Shown piece after piece: positions 1-8,837 of a DNA stretch of 13,719 nucleotides. The notes under the pieces were generated by a model. That model was not told the DNA's origin. It did no database searches and was given only the letters and a program-made list of their open reading frames with translations. The DNA lies in NCBI GenBank assembly GCA_030603385.1, contig JAUVXW010000050.1, positions 1-13,719 of the forward strand. The letters run 5' to 3'. Position numbers and translations under genes: made by a program. The DNA comes from Promethearchaeota archaeon (GTDB taxonomy: Archaea > Asgardarchaeota > Lokiarchaeia > Sigyniarchaeales > SOKP01). Positions within the stretch are counted from its first letter, which is position 1, and each line of letters starts with the position of its first letter.

Positions 1-1
1 C

Positions 2-547
2 ACAATACCTCCGGGTAATTACGGTAAAATAATTTTACCTTATTTTTATCCCGAAATAGTGCCATTGGTTCTAGAGCCTAAAGTGTATAGGTTTGGATTG
101 GAAGAAAATGATTTAGCAGGAAATATAAGAGCTATAATCGAATGTCAATTCCTTTCCATGAGATTGCATTCTGAATGGATTAAAGAAAAACCCGAAGAAA
201 TTTACGCAACTGGAGGTGCTTCAGCAAATAGAGAAATATTGCAAGTTGCCGCAGATATATTTAATACTAAGGTACGGTGCTTTGAAATTACGAATTCTGC
301 CGCTTTAGGTGCAACATTGAGAAGTGCCAAATCATATTATGATTATATAAAAAGCAGTAAAAATTGGAGCCAGATTATAAATAAATTCGTAAATTTTCAA
401 CAATCTGATATAATCCTTCCAAATATCAAGTATAAAGAATTATACGACACGATGTTAGAACTTTATAGGAAATATGAAGAATACATATTAAAAAAAGGTA
501 AAAATCCTGAATCTTTTCGAAGGAAATTTATAAAAAAATATTTTTGA
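2..547 (+). CDS. xylB: Xylulokinase (FGGY carbohydrate kinase), C-terminal part; 5'-partial
   Basis: The frame is open from base 2 (TIPPGNYGKIILPYFYPEIVP...), so the GTG at 59 is internal. It has FGGY C-domain motifs IRAIIECQFLSMRLH, IYATGGASANREILQVAADIF and NSAALG. Confidence 0.8.
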   Translation, partial: TIPPGNYGKIILPYFYPEIVPLVLEPKVYRFGLEENDLAGNIRAIIECQFLSMRLHSEWIKEKPEEIYATGGASANREILQVAADIFNTKVRCFEITNSAALGATLRSAKSYYDYIKSSKNWSQIINKFVNFQQSDIILPNIKYKELYDTMLELYRKYEEYILKKGKNPESFRRKFIKKYF

Positions 548-583
548 AATTGATATAATTAAAAAATCAAGGAAAGTTTAATA

Positions 584-1786
584 TTAAACGTAATCTACCT
601 CTAATGATGTTTTCGGAAGCAATTCAGCACCATTCTTAGTTATAAGTGTTGGGGATTCTAAACGTAGACCTCCAAGTCCAGGACGGTTGAATACTACAGC
701 AGCAATTTCAACCATATTTTCTTCAAAAATCATCGAACCCCAATCTTTTCCTGGCACTACAACTGGCCATGATTCATTTCCTATAATGCCTATCCCATGT
801 CCTAAACCAAAGAATAAATCTGTGCCACAGCCCTCCCTTTCAGCAACTTTATGCACGTTTTGATAGCACTCATCAAAAGTATTTCCGGGATACATATTGT
901 CAATGAGGGCATAACACAATTGCTCATAAACATCATTAAATTTCTTAAGCTCAGAAGGACACGATCCAAGAACATAATTGTGACTTAAATCACCTAAGTA
1001 GCATCCATATTCGCTATGCAGATCCACAAGTAATGATTCTCCTTCTTTCACTTTTTTATTTGTAGCTGGTGTACAACCATTAAAGGTCCAGCTTGCTCGA
1101 TAACCAGAACCAATCTCTTGACTTCCTGTAAATGTCCATTCATAATTACTTCCTGCTTTTCTCATTGCTAAAGTTCCAATTCCTGCAATTTCATTTTCAG
1201 TAAATACTTTCCCCTCAGGACGTTCATTTAATTCTTTCTTAACTGTTTCTTGTCCAATGTCCGTAATTTCACTTGCTTTACGTAATAGGGCAATCTCTTC
1301 TGGTTCCTTAATGAACTGGATTCTTTCTGTTTTATCATTAAAATCTACGAGTTCACATCCAGGAAACATTTTCTTGAGAAATTCTGCTTCAGTATATGAA
1401 AGCATTTGACCTGTAACGCATATATCTAATCCCGTTTCAACACCTATCCTTGGTGGTCTTCCTTTAGGATTATATAATCCCGCTTTTTTTGCTGTCTTTT
1501 GAAGTTTCTTCTCTATATAGAAACCTTTAAGAGGTCCCCATCCACTTACTTTTTTTAAATGTCCCTCTGCTTTTATTCGTTCTATATCTAATAACACAGT
1601 AAATAATTCGGGTTCTCCCATTCCTTCTTTTGGGAGAAAAACATAACTTTTCCATGGAACAAAACATCCTGTCAGATAAGTTATTGATTTAACACGAGTA
1701 AGTACGCAAAAATCAAGATTCAATTCTTCCATAGCTGTCTGGTATTTTCTTCTATGACCATCCCAATCAATTTTAATTTCGCTCAT
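584..1786 (-). CDS. M24 (Xaa-Pro peptidase/creatinase fold) family protein
   Basis: Creatinase-like N-domain followed by IKEPEEIALLRKA, VD...GDLSH, GHGIG and GGLRLE pita-bread motifs; 400 aa. Confidence 0.85.
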   Translation of the reverse strand: MSEIKIDWDGHRRKYQTAMEELNLDFCVLTRVKSITYLTGCFVPWKSYVFLPKEGMGEPELFTVLLDIERIKAEGHLKKVSGWGPLKGFYIEKKLQKTAKKAGLYNPKGRPPRIGVETGLDICVTGQMLSYTEAEFLKKMFPGCELVDFNDKTERIQFIKEPEEIALLRKASEITDIGQETVKKELNERPEGKVFTENEIAGIGTLAMRKAGSNYEWTFTGSQEIGSGYRASWTFNGCTPATNKKVKEGESLLVDLHSEYGCYLGDLSHNYVLGSCPSELKKFNDVYEQLCYALIDNMYPGNTFDECYQNVHKVAEREGCGTDLFFGLGHGIGIIGNESWPVVVPGKDWGSMIFEENMVEIAAVVFNRPGLGGLRLESPTLITKNGAELLPKTSLEVDYV

Positions 1787-1907
1787 TTAAAATTTTCCTA
1801 TAGTGTTTAATTGTTTATAATTTAGATAAAGACTTATTTAAAATTAAACAATGGAATATTGATTTAATATTTAATTAAAATAGGAAAGAAGTTAATATAA
1901 TTCTTAT

Positions 1908-4187
1908 TTATTTGTAGAAATCAGCTTTCGAATCCGTAATATTTCTGGATTCTGTTATCTGTTTAGCTATGCTTTCATATCTTTCTGTCATTTCTTTGGG
2001 TAATGTTGACTTTATTTTTGATAATGCAAATTCGAAATGTTTATTTTCAATTTTTTCAAGAGCATCCATTTTTTCTCTTATTGCTTGCATACCTGCTTCA
2101 CGACATACATTTTCTATATCTGCTCCACTATACCCTACGGTATTTTGTGCGATTTCTTTTAATGATACATCCTCAGCTAAAGGCATATTTTTTGTATGAA
2201 CTTCCAAGATTTTCATTCTTGCTTCAAAGTCTGGTTCCTTTACATATATTAAGCGATCAAATCTACCAGGTCTTAAAAAGGCGGGATCAACAATATCAGG
2301 GCGATTAGTACTTGCTATAGTCACAATTCCCTTTCTATTTTCAATTCCATCCATCTCAACTAAAATTTGATTAACTATTGATGCAAAGGTGTGAGTGCTT
2401 TCATAAGCCCCTCTTCCTGCTGAAATCGCATCAATTTCATCAAAATAGATTATTGAAGGAGCAGCTTGTCGTGCCTTGCGAAAAATTTCTCGAACAGCTC
2501 TTTCACTTTCTCCAACCCATTTGGAAAAAATTTCAGGACCTTTAATCGCAATGAAGTTTGATTTGCTCTCATTAGCAATAGCTTTTGCTAGAAGAGTTTT
2601 TCCACATCCTGGTGGCCCAAATAGAAGGATACCGTTTAAAGGGCGTATCCCTGCTTTTTCAAATAGTTTAGGGTATTTTAAAGGCCATTCTACCGCCTCA
2701 TTTAATTCCTCCTTAATTTCCTCTAATCCACCTATATCTTCCCAGGAAGCATTAGGAATTTCAACCATAACTTCTCTCATAGCAGACGGTTCAGTCATAT
2801 TAGTTGCTTTGACGAAGTCATCGTCCCGAATCTTTAATTCTTGAATTATTTCGCTAGGAATAGGCTCATCCAAATTTATTTTAGGTAAAATCCTTCTTAA
2901 TGAGAACATTGCTGCTTCTCTACAAACTGCCATAATGTCTGCTCCCACAAATCCATGAGTTATCTCAGAATAGTCATCTAGTTTCACATCTTCTTCAAGA
3001 GGCATCCCTCTTGTGTGGATTTGGAAAATCTCTTTTCTTCCTTTAACGTTAGGAACACCAAATTCGATCTCTCTATCAAATCGTCCGGGTCTTCGCAAAG
3101 CTTCATCTAGAGAGTTTATTCTATTTGTGGCACCTATACATATTATTTCCCCTCTGCCGCGTAAACCATCCATTAAAGATAATAATTGAGAAACTACACG
3201 TCTTTCAACTTCACCTGAAGTATCCATTCTTTTTGGGGCAATTGAATCAATCTCATCAATAAATATTATGGAAGGAGCGTTTTCTTCAGCCTCTCTAAAT
3301 ATTTCACGAAGTCTTCCCTCACTTGCTCCATAAAATTTACTCATAATTTCGGGTCCATTTATAATAATAAAATTTGCATTTGATTCTTGAGACACAGCTT
3401 TAGCCATTAATGTCTTTCCTGTTCCCGAAGGTCCGTAGAATAGAACTCCCTTTGGGGGGTCAATGTTTAAGCGATGGAATAATTCGGGATGCTTTATAGG
3501 CAATTCGACCATCTCTCGTATTCTTTGAATTTCATCAGTTAATCCTCCAACATCATCATAAGTAACAACTCCACCCGAAACATTCAAAACCGCAACTCTT
3601 TTATTTACTTTTATTATAGTATCGCGAGTTATTTTTACAACTTTATCTGATGGATTCAAATTTTCAACAATGAGCCTTAATGTTCCTAAAGTTGCCCTTT
3701 TTTTTCCACCTAGTTGAAACATTTTCATGAGATCAGACATAGGATTGTCTTGATCTTGTCTTTGAACAAAAGTCCCTAAAACATCAACTATATCACCAAT
3801 TACTACTGGTTTATCAATTAATTTACTTTTAATTGCATCTGCTTGTCTTTTTAAATCGATATTTGGTCTTGTAGGAGTTAATACTAGTTCAATTGCTGGA
3901 TATACTTCTGCTATTTTCAATGAAACATACTCGCCAATAGTTGCTCCTGCGTTAAGTCTCTGAAGACCATCTAATCTTATAATTCCTTTTCCTCTATCAG
4001 GAGCACTCGAAACGGCAATACCCGTAGTTTTTTTCTTTCCCCTAATCTCAATGATATCACCTGTATTAAGCCCTAGATCAAACATTACATCTTGATCTAT
4101 ATAAATTAAAGAACGACCACTTCGGCTTTTTTCTAACCTTTCAATTCTTAATTTGGTTGTTTCTTTAATCTTTCTTTCTTGTGTCAT
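1908..4187 (-). CDS. cdc48: CDC48/VCP/p97-family AAA+ ATPase
   Basis: Double-psi N-domain and two AAA modules: Walker A GPSGTGKT and GPPGCGKT, Walker B IIFIDEID and [22 protein letters not shown] and FLRPGRFDR. The C-terminus is FYK. Confidence 0.97.
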   Translation of the reverse strand: MTQERKIKETTKLRIERLEKSRSGRSLIYIDQDVMFDLGLNTGDIIEIRGKKKTTGIAVSSAPDRGKGIIRLDGLQRLNAGATIGEYVSLKIAEVYPAIELVLTPTRPNIDLKRQADAIKSKLIDKPVVIGDIVDVLGTFVQRQDQDNPMSDLMKMFQLGGKKRATLGTLRLIVENLNPSDKVVKITRDTIIKVNKRVAVLNVSGGVVTYDDVGGLTDEIQRIREMVELPIKHPELFHRLNIDPPKGVLFYGPSGTGKTLMAKAVSQESNANFIIINGPEIMSKFYGASEGRLREIFREAEENAPSIIFIDEIDSIAPKRMDTSGEVERRVVSQLLSLMDGLRGRGEIICIGATNRINSLDEALRRPGRFDREIEFGVPNVKGRKEIFQIHTRGMPLEEDVKLDDYSEITHGFVGADIMAVCREAAMFSLRRILPKINLDEPIPSEIIQELKIRDDDFVKATNMTEPSAMREVMVEIPNASWEDIGGLEEIKEELNEAVEWPLKYPKLFEKAGIRPLNGILLFGPPGCGKTLLAKAIANESKSNFIAIKGPEIFSKWVGESERAVREIFRKARQAAPSIIYFDEIDAISAGRGAYESTHTFASIVNQILVEMDGIENRKGIVTIASTNRPDIVDPAFLRPGRFDRLIYVKEPDFEARMKILEVHTKNMPLAEDVSLKEIAQNTVGYSGADIENVCREAGMQAIREKMDALEKIENKHFEFALSKIKSTLPKEMTERYESIAKQITESRNITDSKADFYK

Positions 4188-4242
4188 TTTCTTAGTAATA
4201 AATTATTCAATTAAAATATCAAAACACAAGTAATTAAAGTAT

Positions 4243-5100
4243 TTATGCTTTATTTTCTTTTTCTTTAATTTTTATAATATTGGGTTTCAAGAGCTTCTCA
4301 GAAATTATAATATTTAACCTTTTTTCTAAGTATTCTTTGAAAGTATTAGCAATTTCAGACTCTTTTAAAGATTTATTTTTATAGAGCTTTACAAATAATT
4401 TCCTTGTCTTTATAATATTTTTTTTCATAGATATGAACTCGGAATTTTGTAAAAGTTTTCCTACATAGATTCTAGTTATCTTATCTAAATTTTCATTATC
4501 CAATTTAAAAAATTCTTTCACTCTATCTTCTTTTTCTAATATTTCTTTTGATATATTTACTTTATTTTTTATTATTTCCACAAGATCTTCAATTTCTTTA
4601 TTTAAATCTTGTATTCGAGAGATATCATATATTGCTTCGGGGTAATCCCAACTATATTTTCCAAAATTATCAAATTTCCTATTAATTTTTTTAATAATTG
4701 TATTTGGAATTGGTTCTCCTCTCATTTCATTCCATGTTAAACACGTTTCAAAAGGGGTAGAGATATGTATAATAAAGAAGTTTACATTAAAATTTTCAGC
4801 AAGATTCTTCAAATCATGCCTCATGCTTGAGTAGTAATTCAGATCATCACTAATAACTATATTTCCTTTGCTTAATTCCTTGGTTATTTCTGTTAAATTT
4901 CTTTCCCTAACAATGGGTTCGAGGGTATAATTAAACTTGTTAGGAGCCATTGTGTGGCGTATTATATCTGGATCTATTATGCTAACAGTAAGTTTCGTGA
5001 ATTTTTTCTCTAATATTTCTTTTAACTTACTAGCAAACGTAGTTTTACCTGATGCTGGTAATCCTGTTAAACAAATTAAAAAGTTTTTGTTTACCAACAT
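4243..5100 (-). CDS. pstK: PSTK/Kti12-family P-loop kinase, probably O-phosphoseryl-tRNA(Sec) kinase
   Basis: ICLTGLPASGKTT Walker A, IIDPDIIR, DDLNYYSSMRHDL family motif and helical C-terminal domain. The ATG at 5100 is preferred over the TTG at 5109. Confidence 0.75.
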   Translation of the reverse strand: MLVNKNFLICLTGLPASGKTTFASKLKEILEKKFTKLTVSIIDPDIIRHTMAPNKFNYTLEPIVRERNLTEITKELSKGNIVISDDLNYYSSMRHDLKNLAENFNVNFFIIHISTPFETCLTWNEMRGEPIPNTIIKKINRKFDNFGKYSWDYPEAIYDISRIQDLNKEIEDLVEIIKNKVNISKEILEKEDRVKEFFKLDNENLDKITRIYVGKLLQNSEFISMKKNIIKTRKLFVKLYKNKSLKESEIANTFKEYLEKRLNIIISEKLLKPNIIKIKEKENKA

Positions 5101-5116
5101 TAATCTCAATTAATTA

Positions 5117-5404
5117 TTATAAATAGATGCTATTTATTAATTCTTTTTTCTGCTTTCTTGAAAAAGTCTTTATTTCTAATTCTCGCTTCATTGCTTCCTT
5201 TCTGTTTGTATATGCCTCAAAATATTTTAATTCAAGGTACTTTTTTCCTCGACAAAATTTGGCACCCTTCCCACTTCGATGTTCATTCCATCTTCTATAG
5301 AGATTATTTGTATATCCTGTATAAAATCTCTTTTTTCCATTCATCGCGATTGTTTCTAATATATATACATAAAAAACGGTCAAATCTTCCTCACTAAGTG
5401 ACAA
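5117..5404 (-). CDS. Small GIY-YIG nuclease (UPF0213/YhbQ-like)
   Basis: FYVYIL...FYTGYTNNLYRRWNEH..GKGAKFCRG...EAMKRELEIK. The start is uncertain and could be a downstream TTG. Confidence 0.9.
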   Translation of the reverse strand: MSLSEEDLTVFYVYILETIAMNGKKRFYTGYTNNLYRRWNEHRSGKGAKFCRGKKYLELKYFEAYTNRKEAMKRELEIKTFSRKQKKELINSIYL

Positions 5405-5621
5405 ATCACTATTGTCTTATTTATTTTTTTAGTTATACTTTCTGCATTTATTTCAGTTGTAACTGTTTAAAATCAGATATGAAAAAACATTATAACGATT
5501 GATTGATTAGACCAAGAACACCTAAATTTTTATTAGTAAATTTTATTATTTTATTAATAAGGTTATTTTTTCTGGTAGTATACCCAGACATATACTAAAA
5601 AAAATTATAAAGCAATCCAAA

Positions 5622-6257
5622 ATGCCAACGGGTATCTTTTTAATAAAATGGGATGAGATTATAGGAGGAACTGTTTATATGAGATACCCAGAAGATTTAG
5701 AAATTCCAGACCCAATTGTGCAACAAATAACTATATCGCATAATTTTACAGAATCCTATATAATTACTAAAGAAAAACAATGGAACTCAGTTTCTTACTA
5801 TAATGAAAATAAAGAGATGATAATCGTTCTAATTTTAGGCATATATGATGATGGGAAAGATTATTTAGAGCTTCTCGAGGATTTTAATAAAGAATTGGAC
5901 AAGGAATTTAAAGAAGATATGCTGAAAATCCGGTTAGAAACAATGTTCATCTCTAGTTTAGAAGCCTTTCGAACTACAGATGCAGTTATTACCAAATTAA
6001 GCAATGAAGTAGCTTTTCTGAGGACTAAAGAATATGATTTCGAGGAACGATTTAAGAAAATACAAAACTCGGATCATTTACATGTGAAAAGTAAAATTTT
6101 ATTTCTATTAGCCATAAACGATGGGCTTAGCCTCGAAGAAATTAAAAATTCTGTTAATACCAGCTCAAAATGGTTAAAAGGTGTACTCGAAACACTTGTT
6201 AAAAATAGAGTTGTTGGGTATAACTCTAATCAGGATGTCTATTATATAAATTTATGA
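5622..6257 (+). CDS. Hypothetical protein: probable N-terminal longin/uDENN-like domain, coiled coil and C-terminal winged HTH
   Basis: The N-terminal GIFLIKWDEIIGGTVYMRYP beta-hairpin is typical of longin-like starts. A heptad-like segment follows, and the C-terminal KILFLLAINDGLSLEEIK...LETLVKNRVVGY...YY fits a wHTH pattern. Confidence 0.55.
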   Translation: MPTGIFLIKWDEIIGGTVYMRYPEDLEIPDPIVQQITISHNFTESYIITKEKQWNSVSYYNENKEMIIVLILGIYDDGKDYLELLEDFNKELDKEFKEDMLKIRLETMFISSLEAFRTTDAVITKLSNEVAFLRTKEYDFEERFKKIQNSDHLHVKSKILFLLAINDGLSLEEIKNSVNTSSKWLKGVLETLVKNRVVGYNSNQDVYYINL

Positions 6258-6532
6258 AAGTATTACGGATTATCATTAAAGTAAGTGGAATTGTGCAGGG
6301 GGTATTCTTTCGCTATACGACTCGTAAAGTTGCTCGAAAATTAAATTTGTCTGGATATGTTAAAAATATGCCTAATGGCAGTGTTTTTATAGAAGCTGAA
6401 GGTCCTGAGGATAAATTAAAAGAACTCTTAAAATTCGTAAAAGTTGGACCTAAAAATGCTCGAGTAGATCAAGTAGAATACGAATTTACACCCCCTAACT
6501 ACCAGTTTAAGGGTTTTGACTATGCTTTTTAA
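6254..6532 (+). CDS. acyP: Acylphosphatase
   Basis: VSGIVQGVFFR, GYVKNMPNGSV and GP..ARV signature; ATGA overlap with the upstream gene. Confidence 0.95.
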   Translation: MKVLRIIIKVSGIVQGVFFRYTTRKVARKLNLSGYVKNMPNGSVFIEAEGPEDKLKELLKFVKVGPKNARVDQVEYEFTPPNYQFKGFDYAF

Positions 6533-6632
6533 AAAGTAAAATTACCATTCATTATTATACTATTTTGATGATTTCTTTGATATTATCTAAATATTACTTC
6601 TTTTCAATAATCAGATTTTTAATTTATTATTT

Positions 6633-6968
6633 ATGTCGGCTTATTTAAAAAGAACCAAATATCTTAAAGAATTCCAATCATTACGTAATAATACAGTCAA
6701 ATTTCAAGCACCTCTGATTTTTAGGATGTTCGGTGCTCTGAACAAAGTAAATATGAGGAACGAAAATAGATATATCCTATGTAATTTTCTTGATCAACAC
6801 AGTGATATTCTAAAAATTGAAGACATTTATGAAGCTAACAATGAAATAAGTTTGAATCAATTACTTCTTTTCGCTCTTATTAAAGCCAAGGAGTTTAGTT
6901 TGTTGAATTTATTATATGATGAGTATTTAAACTCAATTAATGCTATTAACAGTAAAAAAGCCGTTTAA
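6633..6968 (+). CDS. Hypothetical protein, 111 aa
   Basis: ATG-started ORF filling the gap between acyP and tbp; no motif recognised. Confidence 0.6.
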   Translation: MSAYLKRTKYLKEFQSLRNNTVKFQAPLIFRMFGALNKVNMRNENRYILCNFLDQHSDILKIEDIYEANNEISLNQLLLFALIKAKEFSLLNLLYDEYLNSINAINSKKAV

Positions 6969-7073
6969 TCGAATAAGCTCCTCTTCTTATAGAATTTAAA
7001 AATAAATTAGAAAATGCTTGAACTTGAGCATATGTTTTGATAAAAGTGTAAAAATAACAAAAATATATAAAAA

Positions 7074-7766
7074 TTAAATGAAAGTAATGTCTTGATACTC
7101 AGAGTTTCCTATATCTTTTTTTGCGACTCCTAATTCTCTAACTTGTTGATTTAATTTCAAAACAGCATCTCTAACGATTTCCTTTCGTTTAGCTCCTGTA
7201 CATACTATACGTCCTGTGCTGAAAATTAGAAAAACTGTCTTAGGTTCTTGCATACGATAGATTAATCCTGGAAATACCTCTGGTTCGTACATCGCATATT
7301 CCATCACGATGGCCGCCATGTTTAAATCAATATTCGTGTGCAAGTCTCCAGAAGCTACAATATTCTGAATGGTGATTTCTGGATTAGATACTTTTATTCC
7401 TGCCTTTTTAATATTCTTAACAACCTTATCAACAACTCTATCTGCTTCTGATGCTTGTCTCAATCCTGTGACAACCATTTTTCCGGTTGAAAAGATTAGT
7501 ATTGTTGCTCGAGGTTTTTCAATACGCATTACAAGACCAGGAAAACGTTCTGGATTATATTCAACATCAGCATGACGTCTTGCTATTTGATTAAGATCTA
7601 TTTTTTCGGTTATCTCCACTACTACTGTTGCTACTACATTTTCTATCTTGTAATCTAAGTCAGTCTCATAATCGTATTCTCCTTTTTCCCCTTCCTTTAA
7701 TTCATCTTTATCTTTTTCTTCAACTTCTTTATCTTCTTCTCCAAATTCTTTATCTTCTTCTGACAT
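7074..7766 (-). CDS. tbp: TATA-box binding protein with acidic N-terminal extension
   Basis: Two TBP repeats: IENVVAT...YNPERFPGL...LIFSTGKMVVTG and IQNIVAS...YEPEVFPGLIYR...LIFSTGRIVCTGAK. Confidence 0.98.
   Translation of the reverse strand: MSEEDKEFGEEDKEVEEKDKDELKEGEKGEYDYETDLDYKIENVVATVVVEITEKIDLNQIARRHADVEYNPERFPGLVMRIEKPRATILIFSTGKMVVTGLRQASEADRVVDKVVKNIKKAGIKVSNPEITIQNIVASGDLHTNIDLNMAAIVMEYAMYEPEVFPGLIYRMQEPKTVFLIFSTGRIVCTGAKRKEIVRDAVLKLNQQVRELGVAKKDIGNSEYQDITFI
7698..7760 (-). repeat. Three degenerate 21-nt tandem repeats in the tbp 5' coding region
   Basis: GAAGAAGATAAAGAATTTGGA / GAAGAAGATAAAGAAGTTGAA / GAAAAAGATAAAGATGAATTA, encoding EEDKEFG / EEDKEVE / EKDKDEL. Confidence 0.7.
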
Positions 7767-7866
7767 AATAATAATCTTAATGTGATAATTGGGATTTAAA
7801 AATTGAGAACTAAAAAAATATTCTATTTTACATGGTTCTTATGTTATTTGTATTTAAATAAATCTT

Positions 7867-7878
7867 CCTTTATAAAGG
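7867..7878. promoter_or_regulatory. 12-bp palindrome containing a TATA-box-like TTTATAAA, upstream of tbp
   Basis: CCTTTATAAAGG is self-complementary and lies about 100 nt upstream of the tbp ATG. Confidence 0.3.
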
Positions 7879-7990
7879 TGGTAGATTTGTAGAAGTTATA
7901 AGCTTAAATCACTAAATTTTGATAGTAACTATATCAATATTTAAATTTTTTATTTTAAAATTAATGAAGAAAAGAAAAAGTATCAAATAG

Positions 7991-8515
7991 CTATTTATTA
8001 ATCATTTTATCTAAAATTCGTTTTGTTAATTTGATAAAAGCTTCTTCAACATTCTTACCAGTTTTAGCGGATGTTGTAATTAAATCCATATTATTACTCT
8101 GAGCATATTGACTCGCTTCTTTATCTGTAATTTTTATCTGATTTTCTAAATCAGATTTGTTACCTATTAAAAGTAAAGGTTGTTCTCCTCTCGTATTTTT
8201 AAAACTTTCAATCCACTCATTAAGTTTATCAAAAGAATTTCTGTCTGTCAAATCAAAAATTACTAACCCGCCATTAGCGCCTTCTAAATATAGTTTCCTT
8301 AGAGATCTAAAAGACTCTTGGCCCCCAAGATCCCAGATTTGGGCAGAAACACCGCCATTTATATCTATATCTTTTTTTAGAAGATTAACACCAAGAGTTG
8401 CTTTATAATTTTCTCTGAATTTATTCTCTATAAAGCGATAGACCAATGATGTTTTACCTACATTCTTTTCGCCCAAAAGAGTTATCTTTATAACCCACTT
8501 AGGTTCTTCGTGCAT
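7991..8515 (-). CDS. Rab-like small GTPase (uninterrupted)
   Basis: G1 GEKNVGKTS, G2 ATLG, G3 WDLGGQ, G4 NKSD, G5 SAK; no C-terminal Cys prenylation motif. Confidence 0.93.
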   Translation of the reverse strand: MHEEPKWVIKITLLGEKNVGKTSLVYRFIENKFRENYKATLGVNLLKKDIDINGGVSAQIWDLGGQESFRSLRKLYLEGANGGLVIFDLTDRNSFDKLNEWIESFKNTRGEQPLLLIGNKSDLENQIKITDKEASQYAQSNNMDLITTSAKTGKNVEEAFIKLTKRILDKMINK

Positions 8516-8653
8516 TACAATTCACGTAATTTCAAAAATTAATAATTTTTTTTATATTCACAATATAGTTTATACTTATTAATAATTTTCTTATTCAATT
8601 TCAAGAATAAATTATCAATAAAAAAAAGTAAAATTTACGACAATTAGTCTTTT

Positions 8654-8755
8654 TTGATACTTCTTGAATTATGTAAGGAAAACGGTGGATATTGCGATTG
8701 CGAAATCCTCATGAACGGCGCACCTCATCTTTTAGGAGAAGAGACACCGTGGTAA
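8654..8755 (+). pseudogene. C-terminal remnant of a DUF2695-like protein (or a 33-aa small ORF)
   Basis: Not in the ORF track. It translates as LILLELCKENGGYCDCEILMNGAPHLLGEETPW*, with the GGxCDCE(V/I)LxN motif I associate with DUF2695. An in-frame TAG lies just upstream at 8645-8647. Confidence 0.6.
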
Positions 8756-8837
8756 ACCGTATTAAATCACAACACTATAGGGTTTAAATAACACTAACAA
8801 ATATCATTATTAAAGACAAAAAATTGGTGTTGATATT

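Noticed and set aside
1969-2844. Plus-strand ORFs 1969..2199, 2003..2308 and 2476..2844
   Set aside because: Antisense shadows of cdc48 with no recognisable motifs.
3680-3775. Low-complexity insertion in the CDC48 N-domain ([20 protein letters not shown]) considered as a possible intron
   Set aside because: It is in frame with no stop and no BHB pairing seen; variable inserts at this position are common in archaeal CDC48.
5117-5404. GIY-YIG gene as a homing endonuclease or mobile element
   Set aside because: It is a stand-alone ~90-aa UPF0213-type domain with no DNA-binding extension and no flanking intron or repeats.
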